Source: Ginglymostoma cirratum
Lineage: Eukaryota
NCBI GenBank assembly: GCA_024137785.1
Contig: JAHRHZ010000062.1
Coordinates: 22,502,015 to 22,566,014, forward strand
Reading direction: 5' to 3'
DNA length: 64,000 nucleotides
Under the pieces are notes generated by a model. It worked only from the letters and a program-made list of their open reading frames with translations, made no database searches and was not told where the DNA came from. The position numbers were made by a program, and so were the translations under genes. Below, piece by piece: positions 1 through 12,414 of the stretch (its first letter is position 1; the number at the start of each line of letters is the position of its first letter).

Positions 1-519
1 TATTTAACAAATTCTTTTCTGAGGGTTACACTGAATCTGTTCCCACTGCCATTTCAGATACCACATTTAGAATACAACAATGTGCCACACGAAACAAAAT
101 TTCATCTCACCACTTTCTTCTGCCAATGATGTATTCTTTATGCCCTGGTTAACTGATTCTTCTACTGCTGTAAAACATTTCTCCATGCCTATTCTAACAA
201 ACAGATTCACAACAATGAACACCTCTAATAAATGTCTTAACCTTTGACGGTCTAAGGAGTCCCTCAGTCAAGAACCACTTCCAGTTGGACAGCAAGAGAT
301 CCATTTGATTTCTGATTGGCCACAGGAAGGCAAAGCACTGGATGGATGGGCCGTTTGGACGATCAATGGCAACAGTGACCAGTTTGGATGATGGAAGTGG
401 CGGGCCATGAGATGATGTATCTGTGGCTCAAACTGTATTGACACAGTAAAGGTAAAGTTGCCACAGTCCTACTAGACCATATGGCTGGGTCTCTCAGTAG
501 AGAGAGAGATGACTGGAAG

Positions 520-1369
520 TGTTATGAAGTTGTGTAGAGTAATCGTGAATTGGAAGGCAGGAACCCAGAATTTGTTTGCAAAAAAAATGGTAAGGAAGAA
601 GAGTGCGTGGTTCCTTTAAGAGGTAAATTGTTTTTCTAAGCATAGAGATTTTTATAGGAGAAAAAAATGTGTCTGTATGTTGCGGAAGATGTACAGTCAG
701 TTCTGAAATTGAAACATGTATCAACTGGTTGTGTGATTGGAAACTTTAGGCTTGTTTTGATGTTTTGGCAACAAGCTGGAATTAGCCAATTAATTTAAAC
801 TAAGCACTTAACGATTGAAAGCCAGTTGAATTTAAGTCTGATGGCCTTGACAACCTCAGGTCAATGCTACTGTAAGAAAATTGGTATGTCATCCAAGGTA
901 TATAAGGAGAGGGGTTTTGAAAATCGGTGTGAAAACAAACTTCCATTTGAGAAATAAGCATCTAACTCTCACAAGAAATTGCTAATCTCTCTAAGAAAGC
1001 ATCATCTATACATAAAAGGTATGACACTTCTAGCTAAGAGTCCTCACAGAAGACTTCACAGAGAAAACATCCCTGACAGTTGAATCAGCGGAAGAAAGGC
1101 ATTTATGACTTTGAGAACAGCAGAAGGTATGCAGACATTGAGAGACTAAATTTTAATTTATTTCCTTATTGCTTGTGTTTATTGGAATAGCATACCAGTA
1201 GAATTTAGTTCAGTTAGGGAATAGTTAGTAGTAAAGGGGGAATTGTTCAGTTTATTAGTAATTCTGTTAATTTGTTCACTGTTAGGGTTAAATAAATAAA
1301 TTGTTACTTATTACTTATAAAGTGAATATCAGGGATTTTCTTTCATTTAACCTCCCCTTCTCCGTAACA
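520..1369 (+). mobile_element. Probable solo LTR (~850 bp) inserted into a SINE
   Basis: Termini TGTTATG...CGTAACA (6/7 inverted repeat); TATATAA at 899-905, AATAAA at 1291. The flanks are the two halves of one SINE. No clean TSD. Confidence 0.7.
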
Positions 1370-1528
1370 GTGATGGTTAACCTAGGGGTCACCACTCCTC
1401 AGATGAGGGGACAGATGGAGAACAAGAGTCCTTTGTGGTAACTTCAGCTGGTATGGGAATTGAACTCAAGCTTTTGCCATCGGTATGCATCACAAACCAG
1501 CTATCCAGCCAACTGAGCTATCTGATCA
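1370..1528 (-). mobile_element. tRNA-derived SINE, 5' part (3' part at ~448-519)
   Basis: Matches the uninterrupted copies at 41930-42146 (+) and ~60928-61145 (-). Confidence 0.75.
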
Positions 1529-2270
1529 CCTAAAAATACATGTGGAGTGCTTCACAAATCTGCACGAAGGTAATTAATTGTAAGGTCCAGCAGCAGGAAA
1601 ATAATTTAGTTAACACTTTACCAGCGCCAGATGGCTGGCAATATCAGATAAATATCCTTAATTATATGAAGAAATATTTTGCTGTTGTCATGTCAGTGTG
1701 CGGGTACATATTTTTAAAACTTGTTGGAAGAAACTTTATATATCAGGGTCAGGGTAAAACACTAAATCCAACTGAGACAAACTCTTGTAGTTAATAAAAC
1801 TTTACTTGACCAGCCCACTGCTATGCTTAACGGAAAACGTTTCACCTATAAGATTAGAATTCCAGAAAGAACCAACATTAATGGAAAAATACTCCAACAT
1901 CTAAAACACGGTGGCTGAGCATTGCGAGTAAACTAGGAATGGAAGAACAAATTTGCATTTATATTGTGCCTTTCACATCCTAAACACACCCCAAAGTATG
2001 TACTTCAAAACCACAATGTTATTTTCCAGAATGCAGTGGAATCTTTTACAATGAAGTCACAATACTGAAACAGACTACGTGACACAGATGGCCTGCACCT
2101 GTACTTGTGCGCACACAATCCCATTCTCACGCTCCTTCACCTAGCAGTGTCAGCACATCCTCCTTTTCTTTCATATCATCTCCCTTTGTGCCCACTTGAA
2201 GAATAGATCGGGGCTTGGTTCAATGTCTCACCTGAAAGATAGTATTCCCCTCAACACTTCTCACACTTAC

Positions 2271-2444
2271 CCAGAATTTCACAAGGAAAAAAGCATTATG
2301 GGGTCCTTTCCCATATAGTTCTTTAAGGCCACCTTTCTTCTCAGGGAACTTATCGTAAATTTGGCGAATATCCACAGATTCAAGCAAAGGGTCGCTGTAG
2401 GAATGGTTGGTCTGTCCAATATGTACAAAGAGGTGTTTGTTGTA
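2271..2444 (-). CDS. TEAD1: TEAD1 coding exon [58 protein letters not shown] (YAP-binding domain)
   Basis: 174 nt by manual translation; acceptor taacAG, donor GTAAGT. The gene presumably continues beyond position 1. Confidence 0.97.
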
Positions 2445-3335
2445 CTGTTATGAAATAAAACATTACAAAGTTATCACTTTTACATGAGTCATTTCAACAC
2501 CGTAGGCTTGCAAACTATGAGGTCATAGAATGGCTACGTATTTCAAAGGCTTGGGCAAATAATCCAAAGAATGAGCCTGTTGTGTCAGTCTGAATCTAAC
2601 TCAGCATAAATAAAATCTAGGAAATTGGTGAAAGTGACCATAAGCTGTGGGAATAAACCCTACTGGCTCAATAATGTCCATTGATGGAAGGGAAGGCACC
2701 ATCCTTATTCAGTCTGGCCCTGACATATGACAGCAGAGCAATACTAATGCAGTTGACTCTTAACTATCCTTGGAAATGGCCTACCAAGACAACAACGGAA
2801 ACTGAAGATGAGAAATAAATGGAAGTCTTGCCATTGATTCCAAAACCATTACCAAATTAAGTAATCTACATGCATCCTTTTGTAATATTGCATCCTACTG
2901 TTGATCAGCATTTTGGACTTAGTACTTTAAAAACATACTTCAAGATTAAATTAGGTTTGAGAATAATGGTGGAGATCAGTCAGCAATGTAATCACCCTGA
3001 CATTTAACACAGCAATGCCAGGTTCTCCTTCCTGCTCTTTCAACAGAGATTTCAAGCTACTGAAAATAATGGCTCTGAGAGCTTTTGGGAGGTATGGATG
3101 GGATGATTTGGTGGAAGCTCATTTAAGCTCCTATGAAGGACATCACTACCTTTAAAACTAGCATGTTTGTGTAGAAAAACTGAGGGAATCTTTCCTTGCA
3201 TTTTAAAAAAAAAATTACACAGGTCAAAAATTCATGATGCTTCAGGTAGCTACATTCAAGACAGACATGTTGCAATGTTGGACGTACAGGTCGCAAAATC
3301 ATAACCTACAGATCAAAGGAAAAGTGATAGACTCA

Positions 3336-3548
<213 letters not shown>

Positions 3549-3959
3549 TCATTCAGCAAATAAGGCTATTTGTTACGTTCTGTCAGCACTGGCTCTTTGA
3601 AAGAATTATTTTTTAGTCGCTCCACATGGTCACTTGGCTGCATCAAACTCCATCAAGCAACTCAAGAACACAGTAGCCAACTACTATGCTTTCCAGGAAA
3701 CCAAAGTTTTGAACAACAGCAAAATTTAGGAGAAAGAACTATTTTAGATAATCAGCTAACCACTGCACCTTTGAAGCAAGAATGATCAGAGGGAATATCA
3801 CAAATGGTTCAGGTCTTGAGCAGGTCTTTAAAAATCTTGACAGGTTTATAGAAAGAGGAGAAGCAGCAAAAGACAGAAGAGCAAAGAGGGTGGGAGAGCA
3901 GAAAGTGAAGTGAATAGGGATATAGATGCAGAAGCTTTGAAGAAAAAGGGGTTTCTTAC

Positions 3960-4021
3960 CTGAAATGGGTGTTGTAACTGCTGGTTGGCTCGCATACGGC
4001 TGTTGAGCAAAGGGCTTCACA
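3960..4021 (-). CDS. TEAD1: TEAD1 coding exon VKPFAQQPYASQPAVTTPIS(G)
   Basis: 62 nt within ORF 3739..4044; acceptor ttcccccAG, donor GTAAGA; phase 2 to phase 1. Confidence 0.95.
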
Positions 4022-4259
4022 CTGGGGGAAAACAAAGTAAACATTACTGTCTGTCAATTATCACAACAAACGTAACCTCAACAAATAACTCTGCTCTCTA
4101 AATTTCAAAGAGCTAGCATATAGTGCATAGATTCATTCAAGATCTGTCCCACGACTGGAACTAAACTAATGTGGCTCCTAGCTCCCAATACTGGCAATAC
4201 GGTCAGACATAGCAATCAAAATGACTTTTCTATTCTGACTTGTCGACTTGCTCTGTTTG

Positions 4260-4610
4260 AATTTCACGCACCAATTTGCACACAGAGAGCTTGTACAAAC
4301 AGCAATTTAATTATCATAAAATAATCTGTTGGCTGGGGGGTGTGGGAGGTGGGTTCTTTTGGTCAGGACACTAGGAAGCACGCTCCTGCTCTTATTTGAA
4401 ATAGTGTCATGAGTTTTACTTACAGCTACCAGCAGGGGCAGACTTGGCCCATTTAAAGTTGCTCATCAGAAAAACGGCATTTCCAACAGAGCAGTATTCC
4501 CTCAGTACAACAATACCAGTGTCTGCTTGGGTTACATGCTCTAGTTTCTAGAGTGGGCATCTAATTCACAACCTTCCAATTCAGTGATGAGAATGCCACC
4601 TACTAAACTG
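4260..4610 (-). mobile_element. SacSINE/DeuSINE-like SINE
   Basis: Recognisable Deu-type block (ctcctgctctt..tgaaatagtg.catg...tcatc.gaaa.acggca..tcc.acag.gcag.a.tccctcag). Related decayed copies lie near 2190-2255, 9050-9400, 32680-32900, 44180-44510, 45200-45440, 57560-57880 and 61140-61470. Confidence 0.7.
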
Positions 4611-5246
4611 ACATCTACACAAAGTCCCATGTCAAACCCAGCAATTTTAAAACACATCCAAATTTGCGCATTCAGCATTATTTTAAACATCGATCGCGGT
4701 CATCTTGATTGCAATATCGAATGGACTACTAAAAGCTGGTCAAACGCAATTTTCAAAAGGAAACTGGATGAATATTTGAAAAGGAAACACTTGCAGCACT
4801 GTCGGTAAAAGAGCAGAAGAAAATAAAACTAATTGGATCGCGCTTTCAAAGAACCAGCACAAGCACAATGGGCCGACTGGCCTTCTTTTTGAGCTGCTTT
4901 ATCCTACAATGACAACACAGATATAGGAATGCCCAACTTTCTGGAAACTCGGCAGATAAACAGGAAATCGGTTTTCAAGTTTGGTTTAAAAAAAATCGAA
5001 GTAAATATTGGATATAAAGTAAATAATCTGGGAAGACTGAGGTTCTGGCGATGACAGTTTAAGATTGTGACACTTTGTTTATAAGTTTCTGGAGGTGGGC
5101 AGTGCTGGAGAAACCTTGACTGAATAAACCACATGACATCCAACTGGACAGGGGACATGGAGGACGACAGTGGGACTTAAATGGGAATACTTTAAGTTCA
5201 CTCACAGCTCAAATAAATCTTGGTACAACTTGCACTGTTTACTTAC

Positions 5247-5293
5247 TCCTGTGAGGATCCTGGTTGTCCTGTTGGTATCACACTGTGCCAGAA
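5247..5293 (-). CDS. TEAD1: TEAD1 coding exon FWHSVIPTGQPGSSQ(D)
   Basis: 47 nt; acceptor tttctttAG, donor GTAAGT. Homologous to mammalian FWPGMIQTGQPGSSQD; phase 0 to phase 2. Confidence 0.94.
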
Positions 5294-6019
5294 CTAAAGA
5301 AAGCATAAAACATGTTAAAGAAACATACAGCAATCAACAAGAGAACAACAGACCTTCTAAAAACATAAAGAAATAAATCAAAGAACACAAACAGTGTCAG
5401 ATGCTGACAGGGAATCACTAAGTCTTCGAAGGTAGTTTCTACAGAGCCATAGAAACCTGCAGCACTGGAGGCGGCCATTTGGTCCATTGCACTTGCCCTG
5501 GCCCATAGAAAGAACGGTTGGAAATTTTATACACAATAGGCCAGATACTTTGCCTTTACATAGGCTGGCTACTTTTAAAATGGTTCAGGCATCAGTGATG
5601 AGAGCGAGAGGAAGAAACTGGAGACTATTCAGCCTTCCCGCACTTAAGGTCTTGCTAGCACACCTTCACCTGGAGCTTATTTAATCCAATGTCTGCATCC
5701 GCCTGAAAGAATCTATTCAGCTCTTTGAAACTTTTGGTAGGGGAACAGGGGGAGTTGCTCTGGCACCTCACCCTCTCCATTTTCCTTCAATTGTTTTACT
5801 TTCTTTCTGTTGGTTTCCTACATCAGTAGCACTTTCATTGAAGACTGAGGGAGGACCACAAGCATATAGGTGGGGAGTAAGCACAGAGACAAAAAGGGAC
5901 AAGGAGAAAGCATTTCTTTCAGGAACGTAGGGAGACTGAGGCAATCGAGTGTCTTGAATCTGTACTGTAATTTTATGAGACAATGTCTGATCTCCACCTC
6001 AACTATAGAGAGGATATGA

Positions 6020-6500
6020 AATTGGACAGGGGTCAGAAAAAAATTACCAGGATGTTGCCAGAAATGGAGGGTTTGAGTTTTAAAATAGACTGGAAAGGCT
6101 GAGACTTTTGTCACTGGAGTGTAGGAGGTTGAGGGGTGACCTTATAGAGGTTTATAAAATCATAAGGGGAATAGACAAGGTGAATAGCAAGAGTCTTTTA
6201 CTAGGGTGGGGCAGTTCAAACTAGATGGTATATTCTTAAGGTGAGAGGAGAAAGTTTTAAAAAGAACATGGGTCAACTTTTTTTGTTACACAGAAAGTGG
6301 TTCATGTGTGGAATGAACTGCCAGAGAAAGTGGTGGATACAGGTACAGTTACAATATTTAAAAGACATTTGGATAGAGACATGAATAGGAAATGTTTGGA
6401 GGGATATGGGCCAAATGCAGGCAAGTGAGACCAGTTAAGGTCGGCGTGGACTAGTTGGACCAAAGGGTCTGTTTCCATGCTATGAAGGAACTCTACACTC
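6020..6500 (+). mobile_element. CR1-clade LINE, 3' fragment
   Basis: Similar to the 3' part of the young copy at 56400-57415, including its 3' tail. Confidence 0.85.
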
Positions 6501-6909
6501 TGATACCTTTAATGATTAAAAAACTTTCCACCTTGGTCTCAAATATATCAACTGATCTCCATGATTCTGTAGCTTTTTGGGGTAAATGAGCTCAAGATTT
6601 CCACTAACATTTCTCTGAAAAAGATTGTTTCCTGATTTCAATTTTAACATAGCATCCCCTTCTTCTTTATTCCTTACTGGACAAAATACTTCCTCTTTAC
6701 TTAATGAAATCTCCCATTTTAAATGCTTGAATCAGTTTACCCCTCAACTCCACGGGAATACAACTTATATTTAAATAGCACCTTTAGCAAACCAAGTTTA
6801 GACAACCTATGCTCATAACTTAGCCCTTTAAACAACTCCCAATAATAAAGAACAGTATCAGGCAGACCCAACTGGAGATACTGCCTTGCCTTAAAACTAC
6901 TTCACTTAC

Positions 6910-7044
6910 CCCAGGTGCTGCTTGAAAGGATGGGCGAGCGATACCTGGTAGGCCCAGCTTATGCTGGATGGTTGTTGCTGATACAATCTGTGCAGAAGAC
7001 ATTGCCGCCATGCTCTGAAGGGCTTTATCCTTCACTGCTTGATC
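6910..7044 (-). CDS. TEAD1: TEAD1 coding exon DQAVKDKALQSMAAMSSAQIVSATTIQHKLGLPGIARPSFQAAPG
   Basis: 135 nt within ORF 6820..7092; acceptor ttcaAG, donor GTAAGT. KLGLPGI.RP.F..APG is TEAD1-like among the paralogs. Confidence 0.96.
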
Positions 7045-7412
7045 CTTGAATACAACAGAACATAACATACTCTTACATCTATGTTCCAACACAAAGCAAT
7101 GTGCTGCTCCCCGAATCTAGAGCTGCATGCTTCACTCAGTTACCCAAATGCAAGCAATAATTTCCTATCCATACACTCAATGGTCTTTTAAATGGAGAAA
7201 CATACGATATCTGGTTGTGAGTGGTGATTCAGTCAATCCCACAAACTAAACTGAAATTCCCCCAACTAAGCTCCCTCTGCCAGTCCTTCTTTTGCATCTT
7301 CTCTGTTCTTGCACGATGAGATGAGTTCATAGAACAAAATAGCACATGAGGAGGCCACTCAGCCCCAATGATTATACTGGTTCATTGAAAGAGCTATCTA
7401 CTAATTCCACTA

Positions 7413-8128
7413 GAGATAAAAGGTACTGCAGATGCTGGAGAATCCGAGATAACAAGGTGTGGGGCTGGATGAACACAGCAGGTCAAGCTTGACATTTCGG
7501 GCCTAGAACCTTCATCAGAAATGGGGGAGGGGAAGAGGGTTCTGAAATAAATAGGGAGAGAGGGGGAGGCGGATAGAGGATGGATAGAGGAGAGGATAGG
7601 TGGAGAGGAGGCAGACAAGTCGAAGAGGCGGGGATGGAGCCAGTAAAGGTGAGTGTAGGTGGGGGGGGTAGGGAGGAGATAGGTCAGTCCAGGGAGGATG
7701 GACAGGTCAAGGGGGCGGGATGATGTTAGTAGACAGGAGATGGGGGTGGGGCTTGAGGTGAGAGGAAAAACAGGTTAGGGAGGTGGGGATGAGCTGGGCT
7801 GGTTTTGGGATGCGGTTGGGGGAGGGGAGATTTTGAAGCTTGTGAAATCCACGTTGATACCATTGGGCTGCAGTGTTCCCAGGCTGAATATACCCCCCAC
7901 CTACACTCACCTTTACTGGCTCCATCCCCGCCTCTTCGACTTGTCTGCCTCCTCTCCACCTATCCTCTCCTCTATCCATCCTCTATCCGCCTCCCCCTCT
8001 CTCCCTATTTATTTCAGAACCCTCTTCCCCTCCCCCATTTCTGATGAAGGGTCTAGGCCCAAAACGTCAAGCTTTCCTGCTCCTATGATGCTGCTTGACC
8101 TGCTGTGTTCATCCAGCCCCACACCTTA
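7413..8128. mobile_element. Penelope-like element remnant with inverted pseudo-LTR and 14-bp target-site duplication
   Basis: TSD TACTAATTCCACTA at 7399-7412 and 8129-8142. Inverted arms at ~7454-7670 and ~7891-8127. Minus strand ~7825-7890 encodes FSLGTLQPNGINVDFTSF, the C-terminal motif of the Penelope GIY-YIG endonuclease. Confidence 0.85.
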
Positions 8129-9999
8129 TACTAATTCCACTATCCTGGCTCTTCTCCCATTACCCTACAAATAATTTCCCTTCAAACATACATTCAAATT
8201 CAAGAGTATGCCAAATTATAACATCTCACTTTGTAAGAAAATATATGTCTCACTGCGCATCCTCTCTCAATTATCTTGTCTCCTCTGCTCACTGGGCCTT
8301 CTGCCAATTGAAACTGGAGTTTCTCACTATCTTCTCATCTTAAAACCCTTCAAATAATCAAGCTAAATATTCTTTTTAACCCAACCATTGTAATTAGATA
8401 TACATCAGGTGCAGAATTGGAGGTTCTAACCCCTATTTGTTGCTATTCAATGAACTGGAACTATTTTTACAGAACAGATGCTTCAGAAGTTGCTCCCAAA
8501 TGATAGTACACGGTAACTATTTAATGTATTCAAGTGGCTTTCCATTGTAACACAAATGTTTACATACTTATTTAAATGGGTGGACGCAATGGATACTCAA
8601 ATTGGTGCCTGGGATGCTAATCAAGCAACATTCTACATCCAGGTGGTGCTGAGCTCAAGTACTGGAGCTGCACTTGTCCAAGCAAATGAAGATTATTACT
8701 CAACTGTCCTAACTTGTGCTTTGTACATGTTGGACAGGTTTTGGTAAGTCATGAAGTGAGTTACTCACAACAGATGTCCTAGTGTCTGACCTGCTTTCGT
8801 AGCGTTAACAGTGACGTGACTTATCCTGTTGAGTTTCTATCAAATGTTGATGGAAAATTCAAAAAAAGTAATTCATTTGAGCGCCACAGGATGGTGGTCA
8901 GGTTTCCTTTCTCGTAGATGCAGGTGCAAATCCGAAATCAAAACTAATTTGCCCCAAGAGCATGAAAATATACCAGGAGAATAGCTGAGCTGTCCAGGAA
9001 AGTTTAGCAGCTTTTATCAAAATGGTGGGACAGACTCTGCAACGTGTCTCAGTGCTGAAACATCAGGAAGATGACAAAGGGTCATCGCACAATTGACTCA
9101 GTCTCCATCCACACTGCCCTGAAGAATGTTGTACTGTCAGACTGGTGGACTTCTAGGTTAGATAATAAGTCAATACTCGGTGTCTGCCCCCTTAGTTGAA
9201 GGTAAAATATCCTATGGCCGTTATTCTAAACAGGAGTTCTATTTGACTAATATTTATTTCTCAGTGATCTAAAACTGGCCATTTATCTCAATGCAGTTTC
9301 CTATGCATAAATTTGCTGATGCAACTTTCCATATTACAGCAGGAACTGCAAGCCCCAACTTGAAAAAGAAACATTTGCCGATATGGGATGAGCACGGGAG
9401 TGGAAGTAATTGGATAGCTTTCATATAGCCTGCACAGACTAGATGGGTGCAATGGCCTCACGTGCTGTGACATTTAATGATGCATCTTTAAACATAATGC
9501 AAGACCAAAAAGAATCAAACAAATATTTTTGACATAACTAAAGTTATTACTAGAACAACTAAATTACTAAAATAAGGTTCTTCAGCACAACTAACACAAA
9601 GTATGAACTAGTTTGCTTCACAACATTATAATAAACGATAAAAACCTGACTAGTGGACAGCAGAGGCAATATATTGACTATTTTAATTCACAGTTATGCC
9701 TTTTTAAACATGGCTTGTCAACATTAGTTGCGAATCACTCAGTGAACTAATGTAATGTAGATCCAGTCATACATGCAATGTGTGCTTTTTATTTTAAAAT
9801 AAAAGGAAATTCTAATTTAATTCTCCTCTCAACCTTCAGTGCAATGACATCTTAACGTCTAATTCCCCAATTGTTGAAAGGATACTCGATATCATGTCCA
9901 ATGAACATTGTCTTATCTGCAAGTCTAGAGTGTTAACAAGCTGTTTGATTGCATAAGCATCAAGTTGGTCAGTAAACATGAGTTCATCCAAAATCTCTT

Positions 10000-10450
10000 T
10001 TACCCATCATCCTGATGCTCATTGATCTACATTGGCCACAGGACCATCAATGCTTCAAATTTACTACTCCTAACCTCGTTTCGAATCTTTGCATGGCCTC
10101 ATCCCTCTCTTTCCCACTCTCTAACACCTCAACCAGCCCTCCCATGATTTCAGCATCTCTTTAATTCTAGCATCCTATGCAAAACAATCTAAATGCTCCA
10201 ACCGCATTGGGCTCCCTCGGCCCCATGTTCTGGAGCTACCTCCAACTGTCAAAGCTCTCCTCTCTTTCCCCCGACAAATACCAGCACCCCCCAACCTTTA
10301 GGTTACTCTTTAAAAGCTATTTATTTAACCAAGTTTTGGTCATCTGCTTTTGGTCATATCCTCTTACAGCTTGGTACCAAATTCCGTCTGATAAGCTTTG
10401 AGTAGTTTTAGTACATTAAAGGTGCTATTTAAATGCAATTTTTGTTGCAG
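10000..10450 (+). mobile_element. Old L2-like LINE 3' end
   Basis: Ends in ...taaaggtgctatttaaatgcaatttttgttg. Similar fragments lie at ~29690-30085 and ~43000-43220. Confidence 0.55.
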
Positions 10451-11460
10451 CTGTTGTCACCCACTTCAAGTCATTCACACCGGAGCAAGAACTCCAGTTA
10501 ATTCCTCTCCACCCAACTCTTTGCCCCAGTTAAAAGATCGAGGCCCAGTGTAGAACCCATTACCAAATAAAACTGTACTTGTGATTATGGAAATATTTAT
10601 TTTTGATTTTCTGTTCAAAATTTGTTGCGCTCTCAATACAGCTATGTAACACGCACACACTGATTGCCCCTCGTGCATTGCTCAGTCAGAATGGAAAAGC
10701 TAGAATCGGTGTTTGAAATCTTTTAAGTGCCAACATGTACTCTGAAAAGCACAAGTTCATTCATTACAATCTGGTTCATGTCATCCAAATACAGCAGACC
10801 TCTATGCATCAACAAATTAACATATGAGAACAGGTGGTCAACCCCTCAAACCTGCTCTGCCATTCAGTTTGGGTGATCAACAGGTAATTTGCACCTTGAC
10901 TCCAATAAGCCCCCTTGGTTCCATAACATTTAACGACACTTTTCGCTATCAAAAATCTGCAGAGTGTGAATCAAGTTGTCACTTCTGTTCTGTGTCCTTT
11001 CTTCAGGACAGTCAGAGCCAAAAATGTTAACTCTACTTCTTTCTTCACAAATGCTGCCTAACCTGATGAGTATTTCCAGGGTTTTCTGTTTAATTTCAGA
11101 TTTCCATAGTGTGCTGTTGTTGTAAAAATCTATCAATCTGTCTTGAAATTAGCAAATTGCCCAAGAGCTGCCTTTTGTGTGTGGAGAACTATTCTTTGAC
11201 ATTTCCCCTGAAGAGCCTATCTCCAACCTTTAACTGATGCTCTTCATTTCCACCTCCCAAAAACCAGAGTAAATAGCTTTCAATGACGACATGGGTGTCT
11301 TAAATCAAATCAGAGGAACATTGTCAATAATACAGGTCTCCAGCACGCACAAATGTTCAAATCTTACTATGGACGGACATAGCCTTTAAATTTGGGACCG
11401 TTCTCATTTTGGGGCTTGAGATGAACATGTTTAAGCACAAGAGTCAAACAATTAGCTCAG

Positions 11461-11600
11461 ACATGGGAAGCAGACAAGGCAAGGCAAGGCAAGGTGGGGG
11501 GCAGGGGACATGCAGGGGTGGCAAGGAATGAGCAGGCTGGCATGCGGACCACGCAACCACTGTTTCAGAATGGCAGGCAGGCAGGCAGCAGCAAGCCTTC
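11461..11600 (-). promoter_or_regulatory. Intronic splicing-regulatory cluster downstream of the VTNM microexon
   Basis: On the pre-mRNA strand: TGCATG (11509-14) and GCATG (11541-45), which are RBFOX motifs, plus runs of YGCY (MBNL motif) from (CCTTG)n and GCTTGCTGCTGCCTGCCTGCCTGCC. Confidence 0.6.
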
Positions 11601-11726
11601 CGAGAGTATAAACTTCTCTCACGCACACAATTCTAATTTGCCAAGCAAACGACAATTTCTCCCAGACATCCAAGCACTCAGATAAAGAGCAAAACGAACA
11701 AGTGTCAGTCTTTTGAAAATACTTAC

Positions 11727-11738
11727 CATGTTGGTTAC
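11727..11738 (-). CDS. TEAD1: TEAD1 12-nt alternative microexon, VTNM
   Basis: Minus strand reads ...ttgcaaacAG|GTA ACC AAC ATG|GTAAGT. Frame-preserving, and at the position of the mammalian TEAD1 VTSM microexon. Confidence 0.9.
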
Positions 11739-12414
11739 CTGTTTGCAATAATAGATAGTTTGTTAAAATATTTTTGGATGGTAGAGTAAGTAAAACCAAA
11801 TTACATTTGTTTTTTTTTTAAAAAAACAACTCAACAACAAATCGATACAAAATGGCAAAACTGCTCTGGATTTTCTCCTATACTTGGGTAATTTAATGAC
11901 ATCAGTAAATACTGCCCCTTTATTTATGAATGACACACAGATAGTCCATATGTTACCATTTGTTCAGCATCAGCATCAGCTGCCTGCTTGTAAATGTCCA
12001 ATTCAATCACAGCACCAACGGGAAGAAATAGCAGCAAAATTGCTCTTGTTGGTTTTAAAAGCTTTGTCCAGCTGTCTGACTGTTTGATCTGCGTAGTTAC
12101 AAATTGCTCTCGTCACTTAAAGTTAATAATTGTTGCCTTCTTCTGCCTTCAACCATCATCAGCACCACCAGTCCACCCAAAAAAACACACACAGAGGAAA
12201 ACTGCGACTGCTCTGCTTCCCATCTCTAACTCATCACTCCAGGAAAAGTAATATTCCAAAATAGTGGATTTAATGACAGAAGCTAAAGGGCAAAAAAAAA
12301 AATCACTTCAGCAACCAACATGAGGAATCGACTGAATGGACAATTTGCTAGAACAGTCTGCTTTTCTTTTAAAGAGTTTTGTTTTTGTTGAAGCTCACTT
12401 TTGCACTCTTATCA

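Noticed and set aside
11525-11531. MCAT (GGAATG/CATTCC) motifs as TEAD autoregulatory sites
   Set aside because: Isolated hexamers are expected by chance in 64 kb, and I saw no clear cluster.
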